A stretch of DNA of 64,000 nt, from assembly GCF_000027125.1 (NCBI RefSeq), contig NC_017626.1, one strand, 5' to 3'. The stretch is from Escherichia coli 042 (lineage in GTDB: Bacteria; Pseudomonadota; Gammaproteobacteria; Enterobacterales; Enterobacteriaceae). The first letter of the stretch is position 1. Every line of letters begins with the position of its first letter. Below, piece by piece: positions 20,670 through 31,503 of the stretch. A program made the position numbers and the translations under genes. The notes under the pieces are model-generated. The model was not told the origin of the DNA, did not search any database, and saw only the letters and a program-made list of their open reading frames with translations.

Positions 20670-21317
20670 GTGAAATTTCTTTGGTTATCGCTGTTGTTTC
20701 TGAGTCAGGCCGTCCTGGCAACTTGCCCTGCTGGAAATTCACAACACGAATGCGAGGCGGTGCGCATACAGCCCCTGGTCACGCCGGAGCAGAAAAAAGA
20801 TGCCTTAACGCAATTGCAAAAGTTTCAGCAAGCGCTGAGTGCAAAGAATGCCACGAAACTAAAAACCTTCTTAAAATTCCCCTACGATACCTATTTCGGC
20901 TTTCTCGCTGAGATTGAGTTGCCTGAATCTGAACCCTTCACAGAAGCACTATTTGATCGCCATTCAGAAACCATTATGCGGCGTCTGCATAATGTCACAA
21001 AATTCACGATACATCCGGGTACCCAATGGATTGATGATTATCTCAGTCATTCGCTGACGCCAGCGGAGCAAAAAAGAAAATATTATCCCCTCAATGATGG
21101 ACGTTTCTATTACGAAGAGAAAGGGGAGCGCCACTACGTCACGGGAATATGTGAACTGGCGATGTCGGGGAATATTTCTGACGATGGCATTACGCTGAAT
21201 ATTGGTTCGCAGGCTAATGAACAAATTCCACCGGCTGTTTGTGATGGCACAACTATACTGGAATTTGGCATGATTAACGGGCAGTTAAAGTTATTGCGTG
21301 TTTCTTTTGCGGGGTAA
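20670..21317 (+). CDS. hypothetical exported protein or lipoprotein, 215 aa
   Basis: GTG-initiated ORF, no upstream ATG in frame; N-terminus MKFLWLSLLFLSQAVLATC is a typical signal peptide (possible lipobox LATC); four Cys in the mature part; I do not recall an annotated K-12 gene between yahJ and yahK. Confidence 0.5.
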   Translation: MKFLWLSLLFLSQAVLATCPAGNSQHECEAVRIQPLVTPEQKKDALTQLQKFQQALSAKNATKLKTFLKFPYDTYFGFLAEIELPESEPFTEALFDRHSETIMRRLHNVTKFTIHPGTQWIDDYLSHSLTPAEQKRKYYPLNDGRFYYEEKGERHYVTGICELAMSGNISDDGITLNIGSQANEQIPPAVCDGTTILEFGMINGQLKLLRVSFAG

Positions 21318-21588
21318 ACGGCGTGTGCGTAATAATTGAATTTCACGGCAGTCTAATTCGCCAGTCACGATACCGCCCCGGTTTTAAGGCGGAAAAGGGA
21401 TATCGCTGGTGCCAGAAAGTGTGATCTGCCACGAAAAACGACACCACTATTGGTCATTAAACTCTCCGGTATCAACGTCTCAGAGCCCATCACGGGCAAC
21501 CATTCATTGGCTATATTGAATGAGCGAGTTTTGCTGCAAAGACGTTCCTCACATCATCCAGATACCTCTTCGAACAGGAGTGAATGCA

Positions 21589-22638
21589 ATGAATATCAAG
21601 GCTATTGGTGCTTATTCCGCGACGCAACCGCTGGAACCGATGGATATTACCAGGCGTGAACCGGGACCGCATGATGTCAAAATTGAAATCGCTTACTGTG
21701 GCGTCTGCCATTCCGATATCCACCAGGTCCGTTCCGAGTGGGCGGGGACGGTTTACCCCTGCGTGCCGGGTCATGAAATTGTGGGGCGTGTGGTAGCCGT
21801 TGGTGATCAGGTAGAAAAACATGCGACGGGCGATCTGGTCGGTGTCGGCTGTATTGTCGACAGTTGTAAACATTGCGAAGAGTGTGAAGACGGGCTGGAA
21901 AACTACTGTGATCACATGACCGGCACCTATAACTCGCCGACGCCGGACGAACCGGGCCATACGCTGGGCGGCTACTCACAACAGATCGTCGTTCATGAGC
22001 GATATGTTCTGCGTATTCGTCACCCGCAAGAGCAGCTGGCGGCGGTGGCTCCTTTATTGTGTGCAGGGATCACCACATACTCGCCGCTACGTCACTGGCA
22101 GGCCGGGCCGGGTAAAAAAGTGGGCGTGGTTGGCATCGGCGGTCTGGGACATATGGGGATTAAGCTGGCCCACGCGATGGGGGCACATGTGGTGGCATTT
22201 ACCACTTCTGAGGCAAAACGCGAAGCGGCAAAAGCCCTGGGGGCCGATGAAGTTGTTAACTCACGCAATGCCGATGAGATGGCGGCTCATCTGAAGAGTT
22301 TCGATTTCATTTTGAATACAGTAGCTGCGCCACATAATCTCGACGATTTTACCACCTTGCTGAAGCGCGATGGCACCATGACGCTGGTTGGTACGCCTGC
22401 GACACCGCATAAATCGCCGGAAGTTTTCAACCTGATCATGAAACGCCGCGCGATAGCCGGCTCTATGATTGGCGGCATTCCAGAAACACAGGAGATGCTC
22501 GATTTTTGCGCCGAACATGGCATCGTGGCTGATATAGAGATGATTCGGGCCGATCAAATTAATGAAGCCTATGAGCGAATGCTGCGAGGAGATGTGAAAT
22601 ATCGTTTTGTTATCGATAATCGCACACTAACAGACTGA
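21589..22638 (+). CDS. yahK: zinc-dependent NADPH aldehyde reductase
   Basis: ORF 21520..22638; start set at ATG 21589 (MNIKAIGAYSA); GHEIVGRV and GxGxxG motifs of the MDR/ADH family. Confidence 0.9.
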   Translation: MNIKAIGAYSATQPLEPMDITRREPGPHDVKIEIAYCGVCHSDIHQVRSEWAGTVYPCVPGHEIVGRVVAVGDQVEKHATGDLVGVGCIVDSCKHCEECEDGLENYCDHMTGTYNSPTPDEPGHTLGGYSQQIVVHERYVLRIRHPQEQLAAVAPLLCAGITTYSPLRHWQAGPGKKVGVVGIGGLGHMGIKLAHAMGAHVVAFTTSEAKREAAKALGADEVVNSRNADEMAAHLKSFDFILNTVAAPHNLDDFTTLLKRDGTMTLVGTPATPHKSPEVFNLIMKRRAIAGSMIGGIPETQEMLDFCAEHGIVADIEMIRADQINEAYERMLRGDVKYRFVIDNRTLTD

Positions 22639-22678
22639 AACAATTAATAAATACCCTGTGGTTTAACATATTAACTTC

Positions 22679-22711
22679 GCTCTCCACTTAACTTTTTAGT
22701 TAAGGAGAGCG
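22679..22711 (+). other. near-perfect stem-loop downstream of yahK
   Basis: cgctctccacttaac / gttaaggagagcg inverted repeat with a ttttta loop; no U-tract follows, so terminator function is uncertain. Confidence 0.3.
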
Positions 22712-22880
22712 AAATAATATCAAAGTAGCGGTAAAACCTATAACGTAAATTCAAATTGTTAAATTAACTCCCTCCAGGACACAATACTTCATACGTTAGT
22801 TATGAGCGATTTCTGATAGTGCCTGGTTTAATCAGGGCTTTATTATCTGCGACGTTTATTTTTATTTAAGAGAGATCGCG

Positions 22881-23696
22881 ATGATATCATTAAAAGCTCC
22901 GTACAATAATTTGATGCCATATACGCAACAAAGCATACTTAATACGGTTAAAAACAATCAGTTACCGGAGGATATCAAAAGCTCCCTGGTTTCCTGTGTC
23001 GATATATTCAAGGTTTTGATTAAACAATATTATGATTATCCTTATGATTGTCGTGATGATTTAGTCGATGATGACAAACTCATTCATCTCATGGCTGCCG
23101 TACGAGACTGTGAGTGGTCAGACGATAACGCACTTACCATAAATGTACAGTTTAATGATTTCCCGGGATTTTATGACTGGATGGATTACCCTGATTACCC
23201 GGTTAAGTTTGTTTTTCGCATACTTGAAAATCAAAAAGGGACAGTTTGGGTATATGACCAGGATGATGCGTTTCTTGATATTAAAGCAAATGTGCAGGCT
23301 GGACGCTTTACCGGGCTTAAGAAATTAGTGCAGTTTATCGATTCAGTGCGAACAGATTGCAAATGTATTCTTCTTGAACACCATATGCCTTTACTGAGAC
23401 TTTTCCCTAAAGGGAAAGAGTGTATGCATGTGGAAAAATGGCTTCGCGAAATGTCGTCTATTCCGGAGAGCGACGCACCAATTAAGCAGGCGCTTGCGCA
23501 TGGATTATTATTACACTTAAAAAATATCTACCCTGTTTTTCCTGAATCGCTGGTGATGTTATTGCTCTCTGTTCTGGACGTAAAAACATACAGAGATGAT
23601 GCGCGATTAAACGAATGGATATCGAATAGAGTGCAGGAATTAGGTGACAGATATTATCCTGTAAATAAGCACGTTAAAATCCGCTACACTCTTTAG
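22881..23696 (+). CDS. yahL: uncharacterised protein
   Basis: 271-aa ORF (MISLKAPYNNLMPY...) in an AT-rich context; position and length match yahL. Confidence 0.75.
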   Translation: MISLKAPYNNLMPYTQQSILNTVKNNQLPEDIKSSLVSCVDIFKVLIKQYYDYPYDCRDDLVDDDKLIHLMAAVRDCEWSDDNALTINVQFNDFPGFYDWMDYPDYPVKFVFRILENQKGTVWVYDQDDAFLDIKANVQAGRFTGLKKLVQFIDSVRTDCKCILLEHHMPLLRLFPKGKECMHVEKWLREMSSIPESDAPIKQALAHGLLLHLKNIYPVFPESLVMLLLSVLDVKTYRDDARLNEWISNRVQELGDRYYPVNKHVKIRYTL

Positions 23697-24108
23697 TTCA
23701 GAAAGGGTTCCACCTGCAAGTTGTTATTCCAGCAGAGAGTGAATCGCAAAGCAGGTGATCATTTCATCTGTATATCCGTATGCCAAATGGCATTCCACCG
23801 CCTTTTTCGCCGATATTTTGTTGTGATCGGCGACGCTTCGCTTAAAAAATCACCAGTAGTAGTTTTGCAGCTATGTGGTGTATAAAAAATGATCTCATGC
23901 AGGTGTTTTGTGAATGTGTGGGTTGACATTCATATGAAAAAAATCATAATTCCATCATGTTTGTGTGGGGTCTTTTCTGTACCTTACGCATCGCACTCAA
24001 GCCTGACAGAAAATATGCTGTAAGGCTCATATCAAAAACCGCCATTAGCTCATCAGGAAGAGCAGACGACAACCAGGATTGTTGTATGGTACGGGGTTCG
24101 AGGCCTCG

Positions 24109-24354
24109 ATGGCGGTCCAACTTTTCATAACTCTTCTGAATCAGCTCCCCTTATTATCATCCCTGCAAAGTGAAACATTGCCATTGTTTGGCTATTCAGG
24201 GCGGGTCAGAGCAATGAAAAAAGCCCACACAGGGGAGAGTGGGCTGAAATGGGAAGCTAAAGACTCAAGTAAACTTATCGGAAATAAGGACCACGCATTA
24301 CGGGGGCTATCATCGCCGATGACCGGGATTTGGCAAATCAGGTTGATTACGTAG
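24109..24354 (+). CDS. yahM: small uncharacterised protein, 81 aa
   Basis: ORF 24079..24354 begins at TTG; first ATG at 24109 (MAVQLF...) gives 81 aa. Confidence 0.6.
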   Translation: MAVQLFITLLNQLPLLSSLQSETLPLFGYSGRVRAMKKAHTGESGLKWEAKDSSKLIGNKDHALRGLSSPMTGIWQIRLIT

Positions 24355-24370
24355 AGAGTAAATTATCTGC

Positions 24371-25042
24371 TCACCGCTGCATCACCCCTTCGTAAATCAG
24401 GCGTAGCGCGAATATACCAATAATTGCACCAATAACCCGACTGGCAACGCGTTGCATACGCCCATAAGCACGACGCACAGCGGGCAAAGAAAACGCCTGA
24501 CTAAGAAAAACGCGCCAGATAACTGATGCGAGCACAATCCCCGCCCAGGCCATTAAACGTGCCCATGTTGGTGTTTCGGCATTTAATGTTACTGAGAAAA
24601 TACTGATAAAAAATAAAACGGTTTGCGGGTTAGAGAGATCGGTAATTAATCCACGTCGAAAAAAAACATACCAGGGGGCGCTAATCGGTTGTTGTAGTGT
24701 GCTCATTTGCGGTGTTGACTGGCGGCGCATGCTGCACCACGCAAACCATAAGAGATAAGCGCCGCCAACGATTCTGATAAGCAAAAAAATCTCCTCACAC
24801 TGCGTAATTAGCGTTGCAAGACCAAACAAACCCAACCCGGAATAAAATGCATCGCCCAACGCCACGCCCAGTCCGGTCAGCACTCCTGCGCGTCGACCGG
24901 AAGCCAGGCTGGTTTGTACTACCACAAAGAGATTGGCTCCCGGATTAAAAAAAGTAATCACGAACAGTCCTACGGTCAGATAAACGGCGTGCAAAGGATC
25001 CATAGTGATTTCATCCATAAATAAGTGAAGTAACTTCATCAT
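24371..25042 (-). CDS. yahN: LysE/RhtB-family amino-acid exporter
   Basis: 223-aa hydrophobic ORF of LysE-type translocator character. Confidence 0.85.
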   Translation of the reverse strand: MMKLLHLFMDEITMDPLHAVYLTVGLFVITFFNPGANLFVVVQTSLASGRRAGVLTGLGVALGDAFYSGLGLFGLATLITQCEEIFLLIRIVGGAYLLWFAWCSMRRQSTPQMSTLQQPISAPWYVFFRRGLITDLSNPQTVLFFISIFSVTLNAETPTWARLMAWAGIVLASVIWRVFLSQAFSLPAVRRAYGRMQRVASRVIGAIIGIFALRLIYEGVMQR

Positions 25043-25188
25043 ATTTCTACCAAAAATAATCGGGTGCGAGAGAGATCACAAAGTGTCTTATTTCCGGTTA
25101 CTGGCGTTTATGCCCTGACTGAACTAATTATTAATCAACCCAATAATGTGGGTGGGTGATAGTGTGATAACAACTCTGGAGCCGTAAT

Positions 25189-25464
25189 ATGAAAATAATC
25201 TCTAAAATGTTAGTCGGTGCGTTAGCGTTTGCCGTTACCAATGTCTATGCCGCAGAATTAATGACCAAAGCGGAATTTGAAAAGGTTGAATCGCAATATG
25301 AAAAAATAGGTGATATTTCAACCAGTAATGAAATGTCGACCGCAGATGCGAAAGAAGATTTGATCAAAAAAGCGGATGAAAAAGGGGCTGATGTGTTGGT
25401 ACTGACCTCTGGTCAAACTGACAATAAGATCCACGGCACGGCAAATATTTATAAGAAGAAGTAA
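25189..25464 (+). CDS. yahO: periplasmic DUF1471 (YhcN/BhsA-family) protein
   Basis: 91-aa ORF with signal peptide [21 protein letters not shown]. Confidence 0.85.
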   Translation: MKIISKMLVGALAFAVTNVYAAELMTKAEFEKVESQYEKIGDISTSNEMSTADAKEDLIKKADEKGADVLVLTSGQTDNKIHGTANIYKKK

Positions 25465-25561
25465 TTCTGAACCCTATGTAAACATCCCCGATGCGTAAGT
25501 TTATCGGTGATCATCTATTGAAATTTATGCCGGAGAAAGCGTTCGCGCTGCATTCGGCAGT

Positions 25562-27148
25562 TCAGCTTTTCAGCCGCCGCCAGAACGTCGTCCGGCTGAT
25601 GCCTAAATAATTCGCCGCTGCTGTTTTATCGCCATTAAATTTCTCCAGTGCCTGTAGTGGTGTCAGCAAGGATGGGGCGGGAATTTTCGCCGACTCGCGC
25701 GCCAGTTCCGGCAGTAGCAGCTGCAAAAATTGCGGCGTTAAATCCGGCGTCGGTTCCACACTTAAAAACAGCGCCAGTCGCTCCATCATATTGCGCAGTT
25801 CACGAATATTGCCCGGCCAGTCGTAGTGCACCAGCACGGTTTCGCTTGCCTGTAATCCCTGGCGTAATGCGGCAGAAAACGGGGCGGAGAGCGCCGCCAG
25901 AGACACTTTCAAAAAGCTTTCCGCCAGCGGCAGAATATCCGTCACCCGCTCGCGCAGTGGTGGCAATTGCAGACGCAAAATACTCAGCCGATAAAACAGA
26001 TCACGGCGAAACTGCCCTTGCCGCATATCTTCTTCCAGATTGCAGTGAGTGGCGCTAATGACTCGCACATCCACCGGAACAGGCTGATGCCCGCCGACGC
26101 GGGTGACCTCTTTTTCTTCCAGCACCCGTAACAGGCGAGTCTGCAAAGGTAGCGGCATTTCGCCAATCTCATCCAGAAACAGCGTACCACCGTGGGCGAT
26201 TTCGAACAGCCCGGCGCGACCTCCGCGTCGCGAGCCGGTAAACGCCCCTTCCTCATAGCCAAACAGCTCTGCCTCCAGCAGCGATTCGGCAATCGCCCCG
26301 CAGTTGACGGCAACAAACGGATGTGACTTTTTGCCCTGTCGCGCATCGTGGCGGGCAAAATATTCCCGATGAATCGCCTGGGCCGCCAGCTCTTTGCCCG
26401 TCCCCGTTTCCCCTTCAATCAACACCGCTGCACTGGAGCGGGCATACAGCAAAATAGTCTGCCGTACCTGTTCCATCTGTGGTGATTGACCGAGCATATC
26501 GCCCAGCACGTAACGAGTACGCTGGGCGTTACGGGTGGCATCGTGAGTGTTATGGCGTAACGACATGCGCGTCATATCCAGCGCATCGCTGAATGCCTGG
26601 CGCACGGTGGCGGCGGAATAGATAAAAATTCCGGTCATTCCGGCTTCTTCTGCCAAATCGGTAATCAGCCCTGCGCCGACCACCGCTTCGGTGCCGTTAG
26701 CTTTCAGCTCGTTAATCTGCCCGCGTGCGTCTTCCTCTGTAATGTAGCTACGTTGGTCGAGGCGCAAATTAAAGGTTTTTTGAAACGCCACCAGCGCTGG
26801 AATGGTTTCCTGATAAGTGACAACGCCGATAGAAGAGGTGAGTTTTCCGGCTTTTGCCAGTGCCTGCAACACATCGTAGCCGCTCGGTTTAATCAAAATA
26901 ACTGGCACTGACAGGCGGCTTTTAAGATATGCGCCGTTAGAGCCAGCAGCGATGATGGCGTCACAGCGTTCGCTTGCCAGTTTCTTGCGGATGTAGGTCA
27001 CCGCTTTTTCAAAGCCAAGCTGGATAGGGGTAATGTTCGCCAGATGATCAAACTCGAGGCTGATATCGCGAAACAGCTCGAACAGGCGCGTCACCGATAC
27101 CGTCCAGATAACCGGTTTGTCGTCATTCAGCCGTGGTGGATGTGCCAT
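25562..27148 (-). CDS. prpR: sigma-54-dependent transcriptional activator of the prp operon
   Basis: ORF 25562..27160 begins at TTG; start set at ATG 27148 ([11 protein letters not shown]); AAA+ sigma-54 interaction domain ([13 protein letters not shown]) and C-terminal HTH. Confidence 0.9.
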   Translation of the reverse strand: MAHPPRLNDDKPVIWTVSVTRLFELFRDISLEFDHLANITPIQLGFEKAVTYIRKKLASERCDAIIAAGSNGAYLKSRLSVPVILIKPSGYDVLQALAKAGKLTSSIGVVTYQETIPALVAFQKTFNLRLDQRSYITEEDARGQINELKANGTEAVVGAGLITDLAEEAGMTGIFIYSAATVRQAFSDALDMTRMSLRHNTHDATRNAQRTRYVLGDMLGQSPQMEQVRQTILLYARSSAAVLIEGETGTGKELAAQAIHREYFARHDARQGKKSHPFVAVNCGAIAESLLEAELFGYEEGAFTGSRRGGRAGLFEIAHGGTLFLDEIGEMPLPLQTRLLRVLEEKEVTRVGGHQPVPVDVRVISATHCNLEEDMRQGQFRRDLFYRLSILRLQLPPLRERVTDILPLAESFLKVSLAALSAPFSAALRQGLQASETVLVHYDWPGNIRELRNMMERLALFLSVEPTPDLTPQFLQLLLPELARESAKIPAPSLLTPLQALEKFNGDKTAAANYLGISRTTFWRRLKS

Positions 27149-27324
27149 AGCGCACCGCAAAGTTAAGAAACTGAATATTGGGTTTAGTCTTGTTTCATAA
27201 TTGTTGCAATGAAACGCGGTGAAACATTGCCTGAAACGTTAACTGAAACGCATATTTGCGGATTACTTCATGACTTTATCTCTAACAAATTGAAATAAAA
27301 CATTTAATTTTATTCAGGCAATTG

Positions 27325-27339
27325 TGGCACACCCCTTGC
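27325..27339 (+). promoter_or_regulatory. sigma-54 promoter (-24/-12) of prpBCDE
   Basis: TGGCAC-acccc-TTGC (GG-N10-GC) 48 bp upstream of the prpB ATG, downstream of the divergent prpR. Confidence 0.8.
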
Positions 27340-27386
27340 TTTGTCTTTATTAACGCAAATAACAAGTTGATAACAAAGGATGGGCT

Positions 27387-28277
27387 ATGTCTCTACACTC
27401 TCCAGGTAAAGCGTTTCGCGCTGCACTGACTAAAGAAAATCCATTGCAGATTGTTGGCACCATCAACGCTAACCATGCGCTGTTGGCGCAGCGTGCCGGA
27501 TATCAGGCGATTTATCTTTCCGGCGGTGGCGTGGCGGCAGGTTCGCTGGGGCTGCCCGATCTCGGTATTTCTACCCTTGATGACGTGCTGACCGACATTC
27601 GCCGTATCACCGACGTCTGCTCGCTGCCGCTGCTGGTAGATGCGGATATCGGTTTTGGTTCTTCTGCTTTTAACGTTGCGCGCACCGTGAAATCGATGAT
27701 TAAAGCCGGTGCGGCGGGATTGCATATTGAAGATCAGGTTGGTGCGAAACGCTGCGGCCATCGCCCGAATAAAGCGATCGTCTCGAAAGAGGAGATGGTG
27801 GATCGGATCCGCGCGGCGGTGGATGCGAAAACCGATCCTGATTTTGTGATCATGGCGCGCACCGATGCGCTGGCGGTTGAAGGGCTGGATGCGGCGATCG
27901 AGCGTGCGCGGGCCTATGTTGAAGCGGGTGCCGAGATGTTGTTCCCGGAGGCGATTACCGAACTCGCTATGTACCGCCAGTTTGCCGATGCGGTGCAGGT
28001 GCCAATCCTCGCCAACATTACCGAATTTGGCGCAACACCGCTGTTTACTACCGATGAATTACGCAGTGCCCATGTTGCAATGGCGCTGTACCCGCTTTCA
28101 GCGTTTCGCGCCATGAACCGCGCCGCCGAACATGTCTACAACGTCCTGCGTCAGGAAGGCACGCAGAAAAGCGTCATCGACACCATGCAGACCCGCAACG
28201 AACTGTACGAAAGCATCAACTATTACCAGTACGAAGAGAAGCTCGACGACCTGTTTGCCCGTAGCCAGGCGAAATAA
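27387..28277 (+). CDS. prpB: 2-methylisocitrate lyase
   Basis: 296-aa ORF, isocitrate-lyase/PEP-mutase superfamily. Confidence 0.92.
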   Translation: MSLHSPGKAFRAALTKENPLQIVGTINANHALLAQRAGYQAIYLSGGGVAAGSLGLPDLGISTLDDVLTDIRRITDVCSLPLLVDADIGFGSSAFNVARTVKSMIKAGAAGLHIEDQVGAKRCGHRPNKAIVSKEEMVDRIRAAVDAKTDPDFVIMARTDALAVEGLDAAIERARAYVEAGAEMLFPEAITELAMYRQFADAVQVPILANITEFGATPLFTTDELRSAHVAMALYPLSAFRAMNRAAEHVYNVLRQEGTQKSVIDTMQTRNELYESINYYQYEEKLDDLFARSQAK

Positions 28278-28298
28278 AAAACGCCCGTTGGTTGTATT

Positions 28299-28770
28299 CG
28301 ACAACCGATGCCTGATGCGCCGCTGACGCGGCTTATCAGGCCTACGGGATGAACTGAACTGTAGGTCGGATAAGACGCATAGCGTCGCATCCGACAACCG
28401 ATGCCTGATGCGCCGCTGACGCGGCTTATCAGGCCTACGGGGTGAACTGAACTGTAGGTCGGATAAGACGCATAGCGTCGCATCCGACAACCGATGCCTG
28501 ATGCGCCGCTGACGCGGCTTATCAGGCCTACGGGGCGTGCTGAACTGTAGGTCGGATAAGACGTATGGCGTCGCATCCGACAACCGATGCCTGATGCGCC
28601 GCTGACGCGACTTATCAGGCCTACGGGGTGAACTGAACTGTAGGTCGGATAAGACGCATGGCGTCGCATCCGACAACCGATGCCTGATGCGACGCTGACG
28701 CGGCTTATCAGGCCTGCGGGGTGAACTGAACTGTAGGTCGGATAAGACGCATAGCGTCGCATCCGACAAC
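28299..28770. repeat. tandem REP/BIME array, about five copies of a 93-bp unit
   Basis: cgacaaccgatgcctgatgcgccgctgacgcggcttatcaggcctacgg...gtaggtcggataagacgcatagcgtcgcatc recurs at 28299, 28392, 28485, 28578 and 28671. Confidence 0.9.
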
Positions 28771-28809
28771 AATCTCGACCCTACAAATGATAACAATGAC
28801 GAGGACAAT

Positions 28810-29979
28810 ATGAGCGACACAACGATCCTGCAAAACAGTACCCATGTCATTAAACCGAAAAAATCTGTGGCACTTTCTGGCGTTCCGGCGGGCAATACGG
28901 CGCTCTGCACCGTGGGTAAAAGTGGCAATGACTTGCATTACCGTGGTTACGATATTATTGATCTGGCGGAACATTGCGAATTTGAAGAAGTGGCGCATCT
29001 GCTGATCCACGGCAAACTGCCGACCCGTGACGAACTCGCCGCTTACAAAACAAAACTGAAAGCCCTGCGCGGTTTACCGGCTAACGTGCGTACCGTGCTG
29101 GAAGCCTTACCGGCGGCGTCGCACCCGATGGATGTCATGCGCACAGGCGTTTCCGCACTCGGTTGCACGCTGCCAGAAAAAGAAGGGCACACTGTCTCTG
29201 GCGCGCGGGATATTGCCGACAAACTGTTGGCGTCGCTTAGCTCGATTCTTCTCTACTGGTATCACTACAGCCACAACGGCGAACGCATCCAGCCAGAAAC
29301 CGATGACGACTCCATCGGCGGTCACTTCCTGCATCTGCTGCATGGCGAAAAGCCGTCGCAAAGCTGGGAAAAGGCGATGCATATTTCGCTGGTGCTGTAC
29401 GCCGAACACGAGTTTAACGCCTCCACCTTTACCAGCCGGGTGATTGCGGGCACCGGCTCTGATATGTATTCCGCGATTATTGGCGCGATTGGCGCACTGC
29501 GCGGGCCGAAACACGGCGGGGCGAATGAAGTGTCGCTGGAGATCCAACAACGCTACGAAACGCCGGACGAAGCCGAAGCCGATATCCGCAAGCGCGTGGA
29601 AAACAGAGAAGTGGTCATTGGTTTTGGTCATCCGGTTTACACCATCGCCGACCCGCGTCATCAGGTGATCAAACGCGTGGCGAAGCAGCTCTCGCAGGAA
29701 GGCGGTTCGCTGAAGATGTACAACATCGCCGATCGCCTGGAAACGGTGATGTGGGAGAGCAAAAAGATGTTCCCCAATCTCGACTGGTTCTCCGCTGTTT
29801 CCTACAACATGATGGGCGTTCCCACCGAGATGTTCACCCCACTGTTTGTTATCGCCCGCGTCACCGGCTGGGCGGCGCACATTATCGAACAACGTCAGGA
29901 CAACAAAATTATCCGTCCTTCCGCCAATTATGTTGGACCGGAAGACCGCCAGTTTGTCGCGCTGGATAAGCGCCAGTAA
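28810..29979 (+). CDS. prpC: 2-methylcitrate synthase
   Basis: 389-aa ORF of the citrate synthase family. Confidence 0.92.
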   Translation: MSDTTILQNSTHVIKPKKSVALSGVPAGNTALCTVGKSGNDLHYRGYDIIDLAEHCEFEEVAHLLIHGKLPTRDELAAYKTKLKALRGLPANVRTVLEALPAASHPMDVMRTGVSALGCTLPEKEGHTVSGARDIADKLLASLSSILLYWYHYSHNGERIQPETDDDSIGGHFLHLLHGEKPSQSWEKAMHISLVLYAEHEFNASTFTSRVIAGTGSDMYSAIIGAIGALRGPKHGGANEVSLEIQQRYETPDEAEADIRKRVENREVVIGFGHPVYTIADPRHQVIKRVAKQLSQEGGSLKMYNIADRLETVMWESKKMFPNLDWFSAVSYNMMGVPTEMFTPLFVIARVTGWAAHIIEQRQDNKIIRPSANYVGPEDRQFVALDKRQ

Positions 29980-30012
29980 ACCTCTACGAATAACAATAAG
30001 GAAACGTACCCA

Positions 30013-31464
30013 ATGTCAGCTCAAATCAACAACATCCGCCCGGAATTTGATCGTGAAATCGTTGATATCGTCGATTACGTCATGAACTACGAAATTAGCT
30101 CTAAAGTGGCCTACGACACCGCACATTACTGCCTGCTCGACACTCTCGGCTGCGGTCTTGAAGCTCTCGAATACCCGGCCTGTAAAAAACTGCTGGGGCC
30201 AATTGTCCCCGGCACTGTCGTACCTAACGGCGTGCGCGTCCCCGGAACTCAGTTCCAGCTCGACCCCGTCCAGGCGGCATTTAACATTGGCGCGATGATC
30301 CGCTGGCTTGATTTCAACGATACCTGGCTGGCGGCGGAGTGGGGCCATCCTTCCGACAACCTCGGCGGCATTCTGGCAACGGCGGACTGGCTTTCGCGCA
30401 ACGCGGTCGCCAGCGGCAAAGCGCCGTTGACCATGAAACAGGTGCTGACCGCAATGATCAAAGCCCATGAAATTCAGGGCTGCATCGCGCTGGAAAACTC
30501 CTTTAACCGCGTCGGCCTCGACCACGTTCTGTTAGTGAAAGTGGCTTCCACCGCCGTGGTCGCCGAAATGCTCGGCCTGACCCGCGAGGAAATTCTCAAC
30601 GCCGTTTCGCTGGCGTGGGTGGACGGTCAGTCGCTGCGCACCTATCGCCATGCGCCGAACACCGGCACGCGTAAATCCTGGGCGGCGGGCGATGCCACTT
30701 CCCGCGCGGTACGTCTGGCACTGATGGCGAAAACGGGCGAAATGGGTTACCCGTCAGCCCTGACTGCGCCTGTGTGGGGCTTCTACGACGTCTCCTTCAA
30801 AGGTGAGTCGTTCCGCTTCCAGCGCCCGTACGGTTCTTACGTGATGGAAAATGTGCTGTTCAAAATCTCCTTCCCGGCGGAGTTCCACTCCCAGACGGCA
30901 GTTGAAGCAGCGATGACGCTCTATGAACAGATGCAGGCAGCAGGCAAAACGGCGGCAGATATCGAAAAAGTGACCATTCGCACCCACGAAGCCTGTATTC
31001 GCATCATCGACAAAAAAGGACCGCTCAATAACCCGGCAGACCGCGATCACTGCATTCAGTACATGGTGGCGATCCCGCTGCTGTTCGGACGCTTAACGGC
31101 GGCAGATTACGAGGACAACGTTGCGCAAGATAAACGCATCGACGCCCTGCGCGAGAAGATCAATTGCTTTGAAGATCCGGCATTTACCGCTGACTACCAC
31201 GACCCGGAAAAACGTGCCATCGCCAATGCCATAACCCTTGAGTTCACCGACGGTACGCGATTTGAAGAAGTGGTGGTGGAGTACCCAATTGGTCATGCTC
31301 GCCGCCGTCAGGATGGCATTCCGAAACTGGTCGATAAATTCAAAATCAATCTCGCGCGCCAGTTCCCGACTCGCCAACAGCAGCGCATTCTGGAGGTTTC
31401 TCTCGACAGAGCTCGCCTGGAACAGATGCCGGTCAATGAGTATCTCGACCTGTACGTCATTTAA
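30013..31464 (+). CDS. prpD: 2-methylcitrate dehydratase
   Basis: 483-aa ORF of the MmgE/PrpD family. Confidence 0.92.
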
Positions 31465-31503
31465 GCAAACAGCGGTAAGGCGTAAGTTCAACAGGAGAGC
31501 ATT

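Noticed and set aside
23934-24023. 29-aa ORF MKKIIIPSCLCGVFSVPYASHSSLTENML between yahL and yahM
   Set aside because: It has no Shine-Dalgarno sequence and no downstream domain. It is too short to support without conservation or expression data, though it could be a degraded signal-peptide remnant.
28299-28770. Possible CRISPR array, because of the regular ~93-bp periodicity
   Set aside because: The whole unit repeats, including the would-be spacers. The units are REP palindromes (GCCGGATGCGGCG...) and no cas genes are nearby.
28098-28928. 276-aa and 179-aa reverse-strand ORFs with periodic [19 protein letters not shown] repeats
   Set aside because: They lie entirely within the prpB-prpC tandem REP array. 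The repeat-protein appearance is a translation artefact of the 93-bp DNA repeat, with no ribosome-binding site or coding signal.
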